A DNA stretch of 64,000 nucleotides from a plasmid, in the sequence record NZ_LC532224.1. One strand, given 5' to 3'. Shown here one piece after another: positions 29,695-40,164 of the stretch (its first letter is position 1; each line of letters opens with the position of its first letter). The translations under genes were made by a program, and so were the position numbers. Below the pieces are notes generated by a model. That model saw only the letters and a program-made list of their open reading frames with translations. It searched no databases and had not been told where the DNA came from.

Positions 29695-30132
29695 TTAATG
29701 TGACAGAAAAATACCTGTCACCTTTTCAAAAACTGCCTGCAATTGAATATCGAGAGAGTCCATTTTAAAATCCACCAGCTCAGCTTTATTATCGCAAACC
29801 GAATAAAAATAGGAGTCAAATGCGTCTGTATCTTCATCTTTAAAAATACGGAAGGAATTAATTTTATTATGCCCTTCAAATTCGGCATGAATACCATAGC
29901 GAACCGAGCCGTCATCGAACTGAACAACCCGTCGTACAGAATTAATCCGGACGTACTGTTTTAAGGCCCTCGCGAAATCGGCATTTAACGCCAACGCTCG
30001 TAAGATTGAATCAGCGGTTTCATTCTGCTTTTTACGATCATATTCAAACATCCCACAGCCGGTGTTACGAAAGACCGGCTGAAGAGCATTAACCAGGTTG
30101 AAGGAATCCACGTTTCTGTCGTTTCTGTACAT
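29695..30132 (-). CDS. Hypothetical protein, 145 aa (upstream gene of a two-gene cassette)
   Basis: RBS ggggcaggagatatctcATG; operonic with 29091-29633. Confidence 0.4.
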   Translation of the reverse strand: MYRNDRNVDSFNLVNALQPVFRNTGCGMFEYDRKKQNETADSILRALALNADFARALKQYVRINSVRRVVQFDDGSVRYGIHAEFEGHNKINSFRIFKDEDTDAFDSYFYSVCDNKAELVDFKMDSLDIQLQAVFEKVTGIFLSH

Positions 30133-30176
30133 GAGATATCTCCTGCCCCTCCGCTATACGAAGGGGCTTGATAGGG

Positions 30177-30473
30177 TTACTGCCAGGCTGCGATCACTTC
30201 TTCGCACTGGAAATGAGATAAGCACTGCTGGAGTAAAAGGGCCAGCACCGCTGTGTTAGGGACGCGATTGTTACACCACGCGTTGAATAGCAGCTGCCAT
30301 GGACCGGCATAATACCCGGCCAGTTTCTTTTTTTGTTTATCTGTGCAGCAGCTGGAAATGGCCTGCTGATAAAGGCTTTCATTCTCGGCACCAGAGCGTT
30401 GTTGCAGTGCCTGATAAATATAGGAGTAGACAGAATCGGAGCAATTAGATGCATAGGCCAGATTGGTTTTCAT
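30177..30473 (-). CDS. Hypothetical Cys-rich small protein, 98 aa
   Basis: RBS aggaggtattATG; no domain recognised. Confidence 0.35.
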   Translation of the reverse strand: MKTNLAYASNCSDSVYSYIYQALQQRSGAENESLYQQAISSCCTDKQKKKLAGYYAGPWQLLFNAWCNNRVPNTAVLALLLQQCLSHFQCEEVIAAWQ

Positions 30474-30607
30474 AATACCTCCTGTGTTTTTGGGTATTAT
30501 ATAAAACTCCGACCTACTGGCTAATAACCCACACTGTAATTTCTTTTAAAAACACAATAAATTTTCAAAATTGGACCAGTGTGGATTTAAGCGAGCAGTT
30601 TAAATCT

Positions 30608-31168
30608 TTATGAACTAGCTTTCAAAGAGGTTGGTTTTTCGGGAAGTTTTTTGCCAGACCAGCATGTTGGTTTTTTTTCTGTAGTGCAGATTAGCTGGTA
30701 CCTGCCCCTTCTTACCTCTTTGAGCAATGACTGTTTGAAATATGGTAAGCCCAGTTCAAAAACCCAGTAACGACCGTCTGCAAAAACGACTGAATTTTCA
30801 ACGCCATCCGAAGCCACCAAGGATGCATCATTAAGTAGACGTTCTTCATAATGAAATGGTAATGAAAATGTCAGATATAACGCACAAAGTACAAAGATTC
30901 CTGTGAGACTAACTGCCAGTGAACCACAATAACCAGAATAAACATTTAAATTTCTTTTGATAAATTTCTCATGCAAGATTACAAGCAGACAGAATACACA
31001 AGCTACCAGCCCAAATCCTACATGCAGATAAAACTGTCTTATTTCATCATTCCAGACGATGTTGTCCCATTTCGTGCTTAAGATTGAACCCAACAAGGAG
31101 ATAATAAAAGCGGCAATTTGAGAACTGATAAAGTAGGAGAAAGCTGACTTTGAAGTTATTTTTTTCAT
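30608..31168 (-). CDS. Integral membrane protein, 186 aa; IS903 inserted 43 bp upstream of its start
   Basis: Four or more hydrophobic helices. Confidence 0.4.
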   Translation of the reverse strand: MKKITSKSAFSYFISSQIAAFIISLLGSILSTKWDNIVWNDEIRQFYLHVGFGLVACVFCLLVILHEKFIKRNLNVYSGYCGSLAVSLTGIFVLCALYLTFSLPFHYEERLLNDASLVASDGVENSVVFADGRYWVFELGLPYFKQSLLKEVRRGRYQLICTTEKKPTCWSGKKLPEKPTSLKASS

Positions 31169-31211
31169 AGAAACAGGAACCTCTTTACCTCGTTCCTGAT
31201 CAGAGAAAAGA

Positions 31212-32268
31212 GGCTTTGTTGAATAAATCAGATTTCGGGTAAGTCTCCCCCGTAGCGGGTTGTGTTTTCAGGCAATACGCACGCTTTCAGGCATACCTGC
31301 TTTCGTCATTTTGTTCAGCGCTCGTACCAGGGCCATAGCCTCCGCAACCTGACCATCGTAGTCACGCAGCGTCAGTGAACCCCCGAACAGCTGTTTTACC
31401 CGGTACATCGCCGTTTCCGCTATCGAGCGACGGTTGTAATCTGTTGTCCATTTCCACCGCGCATTACTCCCGGTCATTCGCTGATTAGCCACTGCACGGT
31501 TACGGTCTGCATATTCACCGGGCCAGTAACCCGCACCTTTTCGGGGAGGGATAAGCGCGCTGATTTTCTTACGCCGCAGTTCATCGTGACATAGCCGGGT
31601 ATCGTAAGCGCCATCGGCGGCGGCTGACCTGATTTTCCGGTGGGTTTGCCGGATTAACCCGGGGAAGGCCTCTGAGTCCGTAACGTTGTTCAGCGACAGG
31701 TCAGCGCAGATGATTTCATGTGTTTTACTGTCAACGGCGAGATGCAGCTTACGCCAGATACGGCGGCGTTCCTGGCCATGCTTTTTGACTTTCCACTCGC
31801 CTTCACCGAAGACCTTCAGCCCGGTGGAATCAATTACCAGGTGTGCGATTTCACCCCGGGTGGGCGTTTTGAAACTGACATTAACCGACTTTGCCCGCCT
31901 GCTGACACAGCTGTAATCCGGGCAGCGTAGCGGAACGTTCATCAGAGAAAAAATGGAATCAATAAAGCCCTGCGCAGCGCGCAGGGTCAGCCTGAATACG
32001 CGTTTAATGACCAGCACAGTCGTGATGGCAAGGTCAGAATAGCGCTGAGGTCTGCCTCGTGAAGAAGGTGTTGCTGACTCATACCAGGCCTGAATAGCTT
32101 CATCATCCAGCCAGAAAGTTATGGAGCCACGGTTGATGAGGGCTTTATTGTAGGTGGGCCAGTTGGTGATTTTGAACTTTTGCTTTGCCACGGAACGGTC
32201 TGCGTTGTCGGGAAGATGCGTGATCTGATCCTTCAACTCAGCAAAAGTTCGATTTATTCAACAAAGCC
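31212..32268 (-). mobile_element. IS903 (IS5 family), 1057 bp, 18-bp terminal IRs GGCTTTGTTGAATAAATC, 9-bp TSD GAGAAAAGA on both sides
   Basis: Ends and duplication read directly (TSD 31203-31211 and 32269-32277); internal 322-aa ORF is the IS903 transposase. Confidence 0.9.
31268..32236 (-). CDS. tnpA: IS903 (IS5-family) DDE transposase
   Basis: Near-identical to the known IS903/IS102 transposase sequence by recollection; inside the IS ends. Confidence 0.9.
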   Translation of the reverse strand: MKDQITHLPDNADRSVAKQKFKITNWPTYNKALINRGSITFWLDDEAIQAWYESATPSSRGRPQRYSDLAITTVLVIKRVFRLTLRAAQGFIDSIFSLMNVPLRCPDYSCVSRRAKSVNVSFKTPTRGEIAHLVIDSTGLKVFGEGEWKVKKHGQERRRIWRKLHLAVDSKTHEIICADLSLNNVTDSEAFPGLIRQTHRKIRSAAADGAYDTRLCHDELRRKKISALIPPRKGAGYWPGEYADRNRAVANQRMTGSNARWKWTTDYNRRSIAETAMYRVKQLFGGSLTLRDYDGQVAEAMALVRALNKMTKAGMPESVRIA

Positions 32269-32689
32269 GAGAAAAGACACAAAACGCACCATGCGCAAAA
32301 AACTGCAAGTCCAGATGCAATAATCTCGCGTAAAAACATATTAAACGTTTCCGATAATGAATAAGTAATTACCATATCCTCTCCGTAAGTCTACATATAA
32401 TTCAGACGTGACAAATAATTAAAGGCATTGCTATTCTATCATTATGCATTGCGTTTAAAATCATTTCTAATTCAGCAGAGTAGCGATACAGGCATTTCGC
32501 TATCCTAAAATCTGGTAGCTTTCCATTTCCTTGCTGAGATAAATCAAAATAATTCTATTTATTGCCTATTCGGATGCTGCAAAACCTTATAAATCCGGAT
32601 GTATATCACTTAACAGTGAACCATTCGGTGACTTGCTCTCCGTGAGGTCCACCGGGTTTATCCAGTAGGGAACATTCTGCTTTTACCGT

Positions 32690-32971
32690 TTACTGCATAC
32701 GCGAGCAGGAATTCTGTTGCAGTTCTGCATTTGCCTGCTTTTCCAGTGCTGTCATAACCCGGCGGAGCATCGCCAGAGCCTGAACAGGCGAGCTCCCAAA
32801 CTGCACTTTCACTTCATCCGTATCATGATCCTGAATCAGGTCGAGGATGTTCACTTCGATCCCTGCCCCGTTTTCATCTTTTGCCGTGCACTGAATACTT
32901 ACCCGGGTCACCGAATCCGTCAGGACTGGCAGTGGGTTAGTCTTGTCTACGTTGATAAAAGCCTTCTTCAT
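32690..32971 (-). CDS. Hypothetical protein, 93 aa
   Basis: ORF with plausible start; no domain. Confidence 0.35.
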   Translation of the reverse strand: MKKAFINVDKTNPLPVLTDSVTRVSIQCTAKDENGAGIEVNILDLIQDHDTDEVKVQFGSSPVQALAMLRRVMTALEKQANAELQQNSCSRMQ

Positions 32972-33036
32972 TGCCCTGTTTCCCCTTGTCCTGAAAAAGT
33001 TACCGACCCGTCCGGATGGAGGGGTCGGTCAGAAAA

Positions 33037-34221
33037 TCATGCCTGTCCCTTATTCATCTTCTCAGCATGCTTACGCAGGTACTCTTTCAGGTCAGCATGA
33101 GCATTGATGATATCGTTCATTTCATCATTGGTCAGAACAAGCGTGTAAGTATCAGTGCTGACAGATTCACCTTCTTTAAGCTTGGCTTCTTCAGCAATAC
33201 GTTCAAAAATCGGGATCGCGGTGTCGGCAATGACGGTCACGGTCTTTTTGTTCAGAACGCTGGACATGGATGGTGCTTTACCTGCCGGGTTCTGTTTAGG
33301 AGCGCTGTCCTTTGGAGCCGGAGCTGGTTCCTGTACCGGTGGCGTAACCAGCGTCTCTGTATTGCTTTCATCATTCAGTTGATCCGGTACCGGGGTGTTA
33401 ACGGTAGCATTACCTGCCGGTTGCTCATCACCGGAGTTTTCCGGAGTCTGCGGATCTGCCATGCGCTCTTCTACCTTGGCAGCTTTGACGAATTTCAGCG
33501 TGTTTTTCGTCGCTTTACCATAGATGGAGATCGCCTTGTTGATGTTATCTACCGCATCCTCACCGCTGTACATATACTCGTCCAGCGCAACGTACATGCT
33601 CACCTGATCGCTCACAAGCATGGTCTGTAGTTCAGAAGGCAGGTCCAGTACGCGAACCATCTGGCGAAGATGCTGCTCTGATTTACCACGTTTTTTTGCC
33701 AGTTCCGCAAAGGTCTTAGGCTCTTCTTTATCTTCAACAAGACGCTTAATTGAAAGCGCTTCAGCTACGACAGACAGCGCCAGGTTGGAGTTGCCGGTCA
33801 GGGTGAAGAGTTCTGCTTTTGAAGCGCTACCGCGAAACTCTTCGCAGCGAATACGAGTAATGCGTTCACGCCCTTCTGCTTCCAGCTGGCGGTTTGCAAT
33901 AGCGATGGAACGGATACGGCAAGCCCCCTGACGCAGTACAGGTACGCCATTAACCATCTGAACAACGATAGGCGTCACGCTGAACGGGTCTTCCATGTAG
34001 GCATCGGCCAGGCTGTTCAGGTGTTCCACAACGTGAGGCATTGAATAGTAGAGCTCGCCCATACCGGCCGTGCGGGTGTTAAAGCCTTCCTGCTCTACAA
34101 CAACCGAAGGGTCAATGATAAGGCCGTTACCTTTACGGGCACCGTTACCAGTGCGTTCCAGGTAACCACGAAGGCTGATTTCGTTGCTGTTGTTTTTTAC
34201 TTCAGTTTCGATTGCGGACAT
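33037..34221 (-). CDS. ParB/Srx-superfamily (ParB-like nuclease/partition-type) protein with Pro/Glu-rich linker
   Basis: N-terminal region resembles ParB/Spo0J N-domain; two copies of the GAAAAGTAACTTTTC palindrome at 90 and 220 bp upstream of its start. Confidence 0.5.
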   Translation of the reverse strand: MSAIETEVKNNSNEISLRGYLERTGNGARKGNGLIIDPSVVVEQEGFNTRTAGMGELYYSMPHVVEHLNSLADAYMEDPFSVTPIVVQMVNGVPVLRQGACRIRSIAIANRQLEAEGRERITRIRCEEFRGSASKAELFTLTGNSNLALSVVAEALSIKRLVEDKEEPKTFAELAKKRGKSEQHLRQMVRVLDLPSELQTMLVSDQVSMYVALDEYMYSGEDAVDNINKAISIYGKATKNTLKFVKAAKVEERMADPQTPENSGDEQPAGNATVNTPVPDQLNDESNTETLVTPPVQEPAPAPKDSAPKQNPAGKAPSMSSVLNKKTVTVIADTAIPIFERIAEEAKLKEGESVSTDTYTLVLTNDEMNDIINAHADLKEYLRKHAEKMNKGQA

Positions 34222-34307
34222 TTTTGTTCTCTCTTTTGGTTGGTTGTTTAACTGCGCTACAACACAACAATACCAGGTTCGACATTTTTTCTAATAGGTT
34301 GCACAGA

Positions 34308-34325
34308 AGAAAAAGTAACTTTTCT
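34308..34325. promoter_or_regulatory. Palindromic motif copy gaAAAAGTAACTTTTctt (90 bp upstream of the ParB-like gene)
   Basis: Motif family member. Confidence 0.5.
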
Positions 34326-34435
34326 TAAAAAAAATTCCTGAGACAATACTACTCGATCCGTCCGTTTTAAATCTTCACAACAGTGGGCCGTTTTTACGTT
34401 TAAGCAAAATAGCTGGTTCAGAAGGTGAGTCGGAG

Positions 34436-34455
34436 AGAAAAGTTACTTTTCCGGT
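34436..34455. promoter_or_regulatory. Palindromic motif copy gagAAAAGTTACTTTTccgg (220 bp upstream of the ParB-like gene)
   Basis: Motif family member. Confidence 0.5.
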
Positions 34456-34637
34456 TGTCTGGGCCAGTGATGAGAGAGTGGCAGGACAGGAATGGCTAAA
34501 CCGGTGCGGGTCTCTTGTAAGTCGCAGGGGATTGAGGAGATATAGAGGTAAACCGGTACGTTCAGTTTTTGGATTGAGCCGGGCTTTTGGCCCGGGCTTA
34601 AGGAAGCGGAAATTTGAACGAACTGGCAGGTAATGAT

Positions 34638-34814
34638 TTATGCCGCCGACAGCTGGCCGTCAGTGCTTTGCTGTTCTGGTTTGACAGTTGGGGGATAACC
34701 GGCAGTTAGCCGCTGGCATTCCGCATCACAGAAAGCCCTGAGGTTGCTGAAGACGGACTCCATGAAATCAGCATGAGCATACGAGTCTACAGGACGTGTC
34801 TTGTTATCTTTCAT
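34638..34814 (-). CDS. Small hypothetical protein (start MKDNK after RBS GAGGAG)
   Basis: RBS; short ORF only. Confidence 0.25.
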   Translation of the reverse strand: MKDNKTRPVDSYAHADFMESVFSNLRAFCDAECQRLTAGYPPTVKPEQQSTDGQLSAA

Positions 34815-35324
34815 CTTGTTCTCCTCAATCATTATTAAAACCAGCGGATTTAGTTCCTGGCGCTCCATCTGCTGACCGGCTTTCCCAGAGAGCAGCGATG
34901 TGTCGGGTTCTGTTTCTCATTTTATCGTTTTCATCGGGCCCATCCGGCCGTATAAGAGACCGATTTGGCATGTTTAAGAAACGTACTGGCGACATTAAAA
35001 GCTGAGGTTGGCTTTGGAATAAAAGGATACTTTTCCCGTTTGTCAGGTCTTTCGCTACCGCTGCACGATGATTCTGTCAGGCATTCTGCGCCCTCCTTGG
35101 CTGTACATCTTGAAACAAGCGGTGGGATGTTCCCTTCCCCCTGCTCACCGCAGAATAATTGGCAAGTCCCGACGGTCGTTCCGTACGAGCCGGGTCCAAA
35201 TAATGAATAAATACAACGCCACTTCAATTGTATTGACAATAGAAGTTAGGAGGATCATAGTGTCATTCATGGTGCGGCTTTCGCACCACCGCCCCGGCGG
35301 TACCGGGCAGAACTGGAGTACCTC

Positions 35325-36269
35325 ATGAAACTTTCCCGTCAGACGACTTCTGATACTTCTGTTGATGGCCGTTCACGCGCATATGCCTGGGGCCGTGTCC
35401 ATTATTTCATTATCGAACATGCACCAATGGCTGAGCTGGTCGCTATTGACGAGCTGCTGGAAAAAGCTGGCTGGAGCAATGACGGCTGTCCGAACTATGA
35501 GAAAGATGACGAGTTTGGTAATGCTGGTTACAGCTGTGGTTACTGGATCGATATTGACAGCGTGGGAAGCTTCAAGGCTGACTACAAACGTCTTAAGGGT
35601 GAGATTAGTGCGCATATCGCCTCAAAGGCGGCAGAGGTGGAGATCCGCGTACTGGACTCGATGTCCGACAAAGAATGTAAAGATGTTGCCTCGGTGGCAT
35701 GTACTGTTCGCCGTGACTTACGTACGCAGTCCGAATCGCTTCATTCACTGCGTACTATCGTAACGGTTGATCATTACAATCCCTATGTGATCACCAGCCG
35801 CCCGCTGAGCATTTCCGCCTGGACACTTATCCACGACTGTCTGAAAACCGGCACCATCAATGACGTCTGTTCACGGTTGAGTTCATTAATCCTGCACTCT
35901 GAAGCCGCGATTGCCCGTTGTAAGGGAAGCTCCGACTACTCTTCGGAACACGCTCAGCTATCGTTTTTTGCTGGTAACGACTATGTCACCAGACGCACCC
36001 TTGTTGATGCAGCTCACGAAGAGGCTCTGCGAATGAACCGCCGCTTTGATGAACGTATTGCAATGAACGCGGATTCTGATGCCAGAAGGCTCCAGTGCGA
36101 ATTCAACCTGAGCAACCATGTCGTACAGCGTCGGACCGTTGAATCTGCTCATATCCAGGCAATCAACGAAGACGTCACCCGTTCACAGGCGGAACCACGC
36201 TGCCCTGGAAAGCTTCTTCTGAAAATGACCAGTCATGAGGAAGTGCGGGACTCACTGAGCACCTGTTAG
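35325..36269 (+). CDS. Hypothetical protein, 314 aa
   Basis: First of five co-oriented ORFs; no domain. Confidence 0.45.
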   Translation: MKLSRQTTSDTSVDGRSRAYAWGRVHYFIIEHAPMAELVAIDELLEKAGWSNDGCPNYEKDDEFGNAGYSCGYWIDIDSVGSFKADYKRLKGEISAHIASKAAEVEIRVLDSMSDKECKDVASVACTVRRDLRTQSESLHSLRTIVTVDHYNPYVITSRPLSISAWTLIHDCLKTGTINDVCSRLSSLILHSEAAIARCKGSSDYSSEHAQLSFFAGNDYVTRRTLVDAAHEEALRMNRRFDERIAMNADSDARRLQCEFNLSNHVVQRRTVESAHIQAINEDVTRSQAEPRCPGKLLLKMTSHEEVRDSLSTC

Positions 36270-36364
36270 TCCAGCGACACCCCCTGCGGCTCTACTACCG
36301 GGCCGCAGTCTGCTCCGGCCAGATGGTGCCAGTGGCGTAATGAATTTGTTTAATAAGGCTGAGT

Positions 36365-36967
36365 ATGATGAATAAAGAACAACTAATCGACAAACTGGAA
36401 CGCGTGGTATGTGGTCAGTACTCCTACGAAATGCAGGAGCTTGCGTATTCGGCCCTCTGCTGCATTAAAGGCACCCCGGACGACTGCGCTAAGTTCCCTG
36501 TTACGCGTCCGCTGCCTGACACCTTAGTGGACGTATGGGACGAGATCGGGCAATACCTTGGCACAGGCAAAGCCATTGAAACTCGCAGTTGCGGCGTTTC
36601 GCTTCTGCTTCATGGACACTGCTACGATTCAAATCATGTGCTGTACTGGCGCAATGCTGGCGCACTTCCAGCAGCTTGCGATACGCCACTGGCTGGTGGG
36701 TCTCGCAAACTGTTCACCTGCTCAGCCTGTGGAGTGGACGGTCTGGATGAACCACCTGAAACCAGTTGCCACTGCTGCACAGAGGGGGCCCACTGGATTG
36801 AGAGCAGGCTCTTCACCTCCGGGCAGGCAGACCCTGAAGAATTTAGACCCGTGGCGGTCGTGAAAGAGTGTGCAGGCTCAACGCCGGATGATCGGCTCAT
36901 CTGGAGCGTGATTGAACAGCTCAACGGCGAACTGGCGGAAGGCGATAAACTATTTAAGCGACGCTGA
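36365..36967 (+). CDS. Cys-rich hypothetical protein, 200 aa (multiple CxxC pairs)
   Basis: Seventeen Cys including CHCC and CSAC motifs; possible metal-binding protein. Confidence 0.45.
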   Translation: MMNKEQLIDKLERVVCGQYSYEMQELAYSALCCIKGTPDDCAKFPVTRPLPDTLVDVWDEIGQYLGTGKAIETRSCGVSLLLHGHCYDSNHVLYWRNAGALPAACDTPLAGGSRKLFTCSACGVDGLDEPPETSCHCCTEGAHWIESRLFTSGQADPEEFRPVAVVKECAGSTPDDRLIWSVIEQLNGELAEGDKLFKRR

Positions 36968-37020
36968 CAGATCACGTCAGCATTTATATCAGACGAACTC
37001 CAGAATAATTTAAAGCAACC

Positions 37021-37377
37021 ATGAACATGAAAAAGCCCAAAGCTGCATTACAGAATGCCATGAAAGAAGATGTGCCAGCTGTGACACAGATTCAGATGCG
37101 ATCTACGGTTTCCAGAAAGGTTCGCTATGTAAAACAGGCAAATCGAGAGGGTCTGAAATTATCTGAGTGGATGTCGCGGCATCTCGACGCTGTCTGTGAT
37201 ACCGCAGATGAGATTCATAAAGGCAAACGCTCAACTCCGGTTGCGCCTGGGAAGATTCCCCCTGAGGTATACCAGGTGATATACGATCAGTGCGGCGGGT
37301 TCGTGGAGTGTGATGCTAATGCCCAGGTAATCTGGGAAGCCTGCCGTGATGCCATTCTTAACGGAGACAAAGGGTAA
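37021..37377 (+). CDS. Hypothetical protein, 118 aa
   Basis: ORF in operon context. Confidence 0.4.
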   Translation: MNMKKPKAALQNAMKEDVPAVTQIQMRSTVSRKVRYVKQANREGLKLSEWMSRHLDAVCDTADEIHKGKRSTPVAPGKIPPEVYQVIYDQCGGFVECDANAQVIWEACRDAILNGDKG

Positions 37378-37423
37378 ACGGCAGGTATCGCCTGTCATTT
37401 TTACCCTTGTGAGGAAAATCCTG

Positions 37424-37627
37424 ATGAACCATGAGAGCCGAACTGTATACCTGAACACGGCCATTGAGGCCCTGTTGAAAGCTGAGGCGGCTCTGAACGA
37501 GCTGGCATTAGCCTATGTACTCAAACCAGGTGAAAAGGCAAGCGCATGCCATCCCCGAACCGGTACGCTTTCCACAGCTTCCCAGGTAAGAAAACTTCGC
37601 CGTGTTCTAGAAAAAAACAAGTTATGA
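37424..37627 (+). CDS. Small hypothetical protein, 67 aa
   Basis: RBS gaggaaaatcctgATG. Confidence 0.3.
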   Translation: MNHESRTVYLNTAIEALLKAEAALNELALAYVLKPGEKASACHPRTGTLSTASQVRKLRRVLEKNKL

Positions 37628-37908
37628 CGGCCCTTATACGCTGGCATAATGTACCGTGCTTCGCTCATCCCAGCAGTATGGGTTTTAAACTCTTCCATTT
37701 TTAAGAGTACGGGAAGAGCCTTATTATTGTCGCATACCCTACGGATGCATTGCAGTTCAAACCGCTGTTCGGTGCAATTATTGCTGTATCCGGCGGATTT
37801 GAAAATGACAGAAATAGTGATGTAAAGCTCCGCCATTAAAGAAATGCCCCGTAGTTTGGCGAATCAACTTTCTGAATTATCTCGATGAACACCATTTAAG
37901 GAAATCGA

Positions 37909-38229
37909 ATGTGTGATTTTTGCAGGGCTGACGAAAATTACTTTCATATGGCAGAATGCGTGTATGACCAACTGGTTAAAGAGTATCCCGTAATGTGGCT
38001 GCGGGATTCAACCCGGATCGGGGCCTGCTACCTCTGTCGAGAACTGCTGTCGCCGGAGGGGATGGTCCTGGCGATGCAGAGCGCTTTCCCTGCGAAGGGA
38101 TGGCGGCTGCGTATTTGGTACAATGAAACCATTGACGAAGAGATAGAACCGCAGCGTGGAGACTGTATTGAGCTGTCCTCCAGGGCGGACGCTCTGCTGT
38201 CCTTCATGTCGTTCCAGGAAAAGGTTTAG
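37909..38229 (+). CDS. Hypothetical protein, 106 aa (CxxC...CxxC N-terminus)
   Basis: RBS aaggaaatcgaATG. Confidence 0.4.
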   Translation: MCDFCRADENYFHMAECVYDQLVKEYPVMWLRDSTRIGACYLCRELLSPEGMVLAMQSAFPAKGWRLRIWYNETIDEEIEPQRGDCIELSSRADALLSFMSFQEKV

Positions 38230-38825
38230 CGCTGCGGCCCCCCTCACAAAAAGGCGCTTTCCGCGACAAATCTGGTACGACCGGACAACGTTGAGTCAAT
38301 TCTTGCTTCCCCGCAGAAGAATCCCTATGAAGTAAAGTAGAGGTAGGCATTACGCCCACCAGCAAACCTGATAACTGTTCTTTGCGTAACATCCTCAAAC
38401 TTCTGGTGCCTTCGTAGACTGCGATGCGAATGCCCATGAGCTGAATTCACCGTATCATTTGACCGGATGCAGCGAGAACAGAAATGACAATGTTTGAACG
38501 ATTTGCCAGACGGCCATAAAACTCTACTGGGTACAGAATAAGGACTGACCGCAATGGCTACGTTCTATGAGCTACCGACCAGTGAGAAGTCCATTGTTTC
38601 CGGTACGTGCCCGGACGAGCACCGGTGAAATTTTTCCCGACTGGATTACGCTAAGGCTTTTGAACGGTTTGCGTGAAGTGGGACTCTTTGGGTCTGGTTC
38701 TTGATTTATACAAAAGGCTATATGCCACAAGACGGGAGGAAAAAAGGGTTTCCCCGACTGGAGAAACCCTTTCAAAAGGTGCCGATGGCATACTAATCCA
38801 CACCCCGAAAAGAGGGGGTTGCCCC

Positions 38826-40164
38826 CATAAGCGCTAACTTAAGGGTTGTGGTATTACGCCTGATATGATTTAACGTGCCGATGAATTACTCTCACGATAA
38901 CTGGTCAGCAATTCTGGCCCATATTGGTAAGCCCGAAGAACTGGATACTTCGGCACGTAATGCCGGGGCTCTAACCCGCCGCCGCGAAATTCGTGATGCT
39001 GCAACTCTGCTACGTCTGGGGCTGGCTTACGGCCCCGGGGGGATGTCATTACGTGAAGTCACTGCATGGGCTCAGCTCCATGACGTTGCAACATTATCTG
39101 ACGTGGCTCTCCTGAAGCGGCTGCGGAATGCCGCCGACTGGTTTGGCATACTTGCCGCACAAACACTTGCTGTACGCGCCGCAGTTACGGGTTGTACAAG
39201 CGGAAAGAGATTGCGTCTTGTCGATGGAACAGCAATCAGTGCGCCCGGGGGCGGCAGCGCTGAATGGCGACTACATATGGGATATGATCCTCATACCTGT
39301 CAGTTCACTGATTTTGAGCTAACCGACAGCAGAGACGCTGAACGGCTGGACCGATTTGCGCAAACGGCAGACGAGATACGCATTGCTGACCGGGGATTCG
39401 GTTCGCGTCCCGAATGTATCCGCTCACTTGCTTTTGGAGAAGCTGATTATATCGTCCGGGTTCACTGGCGAGGATTGCGCTGGTTAACTGCAGAAGGAAT
39501 GCGCTTTGACATGATGGGTTTTCTGCGCGGGCTGGATTGCGGTAAGAACGGTGAAACCACTGTAATGATAGGCAATTCAGGTAATAAAAAAGCCGGAGCT
39601 CCCTTTCCGGCACGTCTCATTGCCGTATCACTTCCTCCCGAAAAAGCATTAATCAGTAAAACCCGACTGCTCAGCGAGAATCGTCGAAAAGGACGAGTAG
39701 TTCAGGCGGAAACGCTGGAAGCAGCGGGCCATGTGCTATTGCTAACATCATTACCGGAAGATGAATATTCAGCAGAGCAAGTGGCTGATTGTTACCGTCT
39801 GCGATGGCAAATTGAACTGGCTTTTAAGCGGCTCAAAAGTTTGCTGCACCTGGATGCTTTGCGTGCAAAGGAACCTGAACTCGCGAAAGCGTGGATATTT
39901 GCTAATCTACTCGCCGCATTTTTAATTGACGACATAATCCAGCCATCGCTGGATTTCCCCCCCAGAAGTGCCGGATCCGAAAAGAAGAACTAACTCGTTG
40001 TGGAGAATAACAAAAATGGTCATCTGGAGCTTACAGGTGGCCATTCGTGGGACAGTATCCCTGACAGCCTACAAAACGCAATTGAAGAACGCGAGGCATC
40101 GTCTTAACGAGGCACCGAGGCGTCGCATTCTTCAGATGGTTCAACCCTTAAGTTAGCGCTTATG
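38826..40164 (+). mobile_element. IS186 (IS4 family), about 1339 bp, terminal IRs CATAAGCGCTAAC.../...GTTAGCGCTTATG, GC-rich about 10-bp TSD GGGTTGCCCC
   Basis: Ends and duplication read directly; left flank gggggttgcccc, right flank gggttgcccccc. Confidence 0.85.
38875..39993 (+). CDS. IS186/IS421 (IS4-family) transposase
   Basis: Recognised as the E. coli IS186 transposase sequence; inside the IS ends. Confidence 0.9.
   Translation: MPMNYSHDNWSAILAHIGKPEELDTSARNAGALTRRREIRDAATLLRLGLAYGPGGMSLREVTAWAQLHDVATLSDVALLKRLRNAADWFGILAAQTLAVRAAVTGCTSGKRLRLVDGTAISAPGGGSAEWRLHMGYDPHTCQFTDFELTDSRDAERLDRFAQTADEIRIADRGFGSRPECIRSLAFGEADYIVRVHWRGLRWLTAEGMRFDMMGFLRGLDCGKNGETTVMIGNSGNKKAGAPFPARLIAVSLPPEKALISKTRLLSENRRKGRVVQAETLEAAGHVLLLTSLPEDEYSAEQVADCYRLRWQIELAFKRLKSLLHLDALRAKEPELAKAWIFANLLAAFLIDDIIQPSLDFPPRSAGSEKKN

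Noticed and set aside
33016-33931. ORFs 33016-33630(+), 33155-33382(+) and 33620-33931(+) opposite the ParB-like gene
   Set aside because: They are antisense to a longer ORF that has promoter motifs; no RBS.
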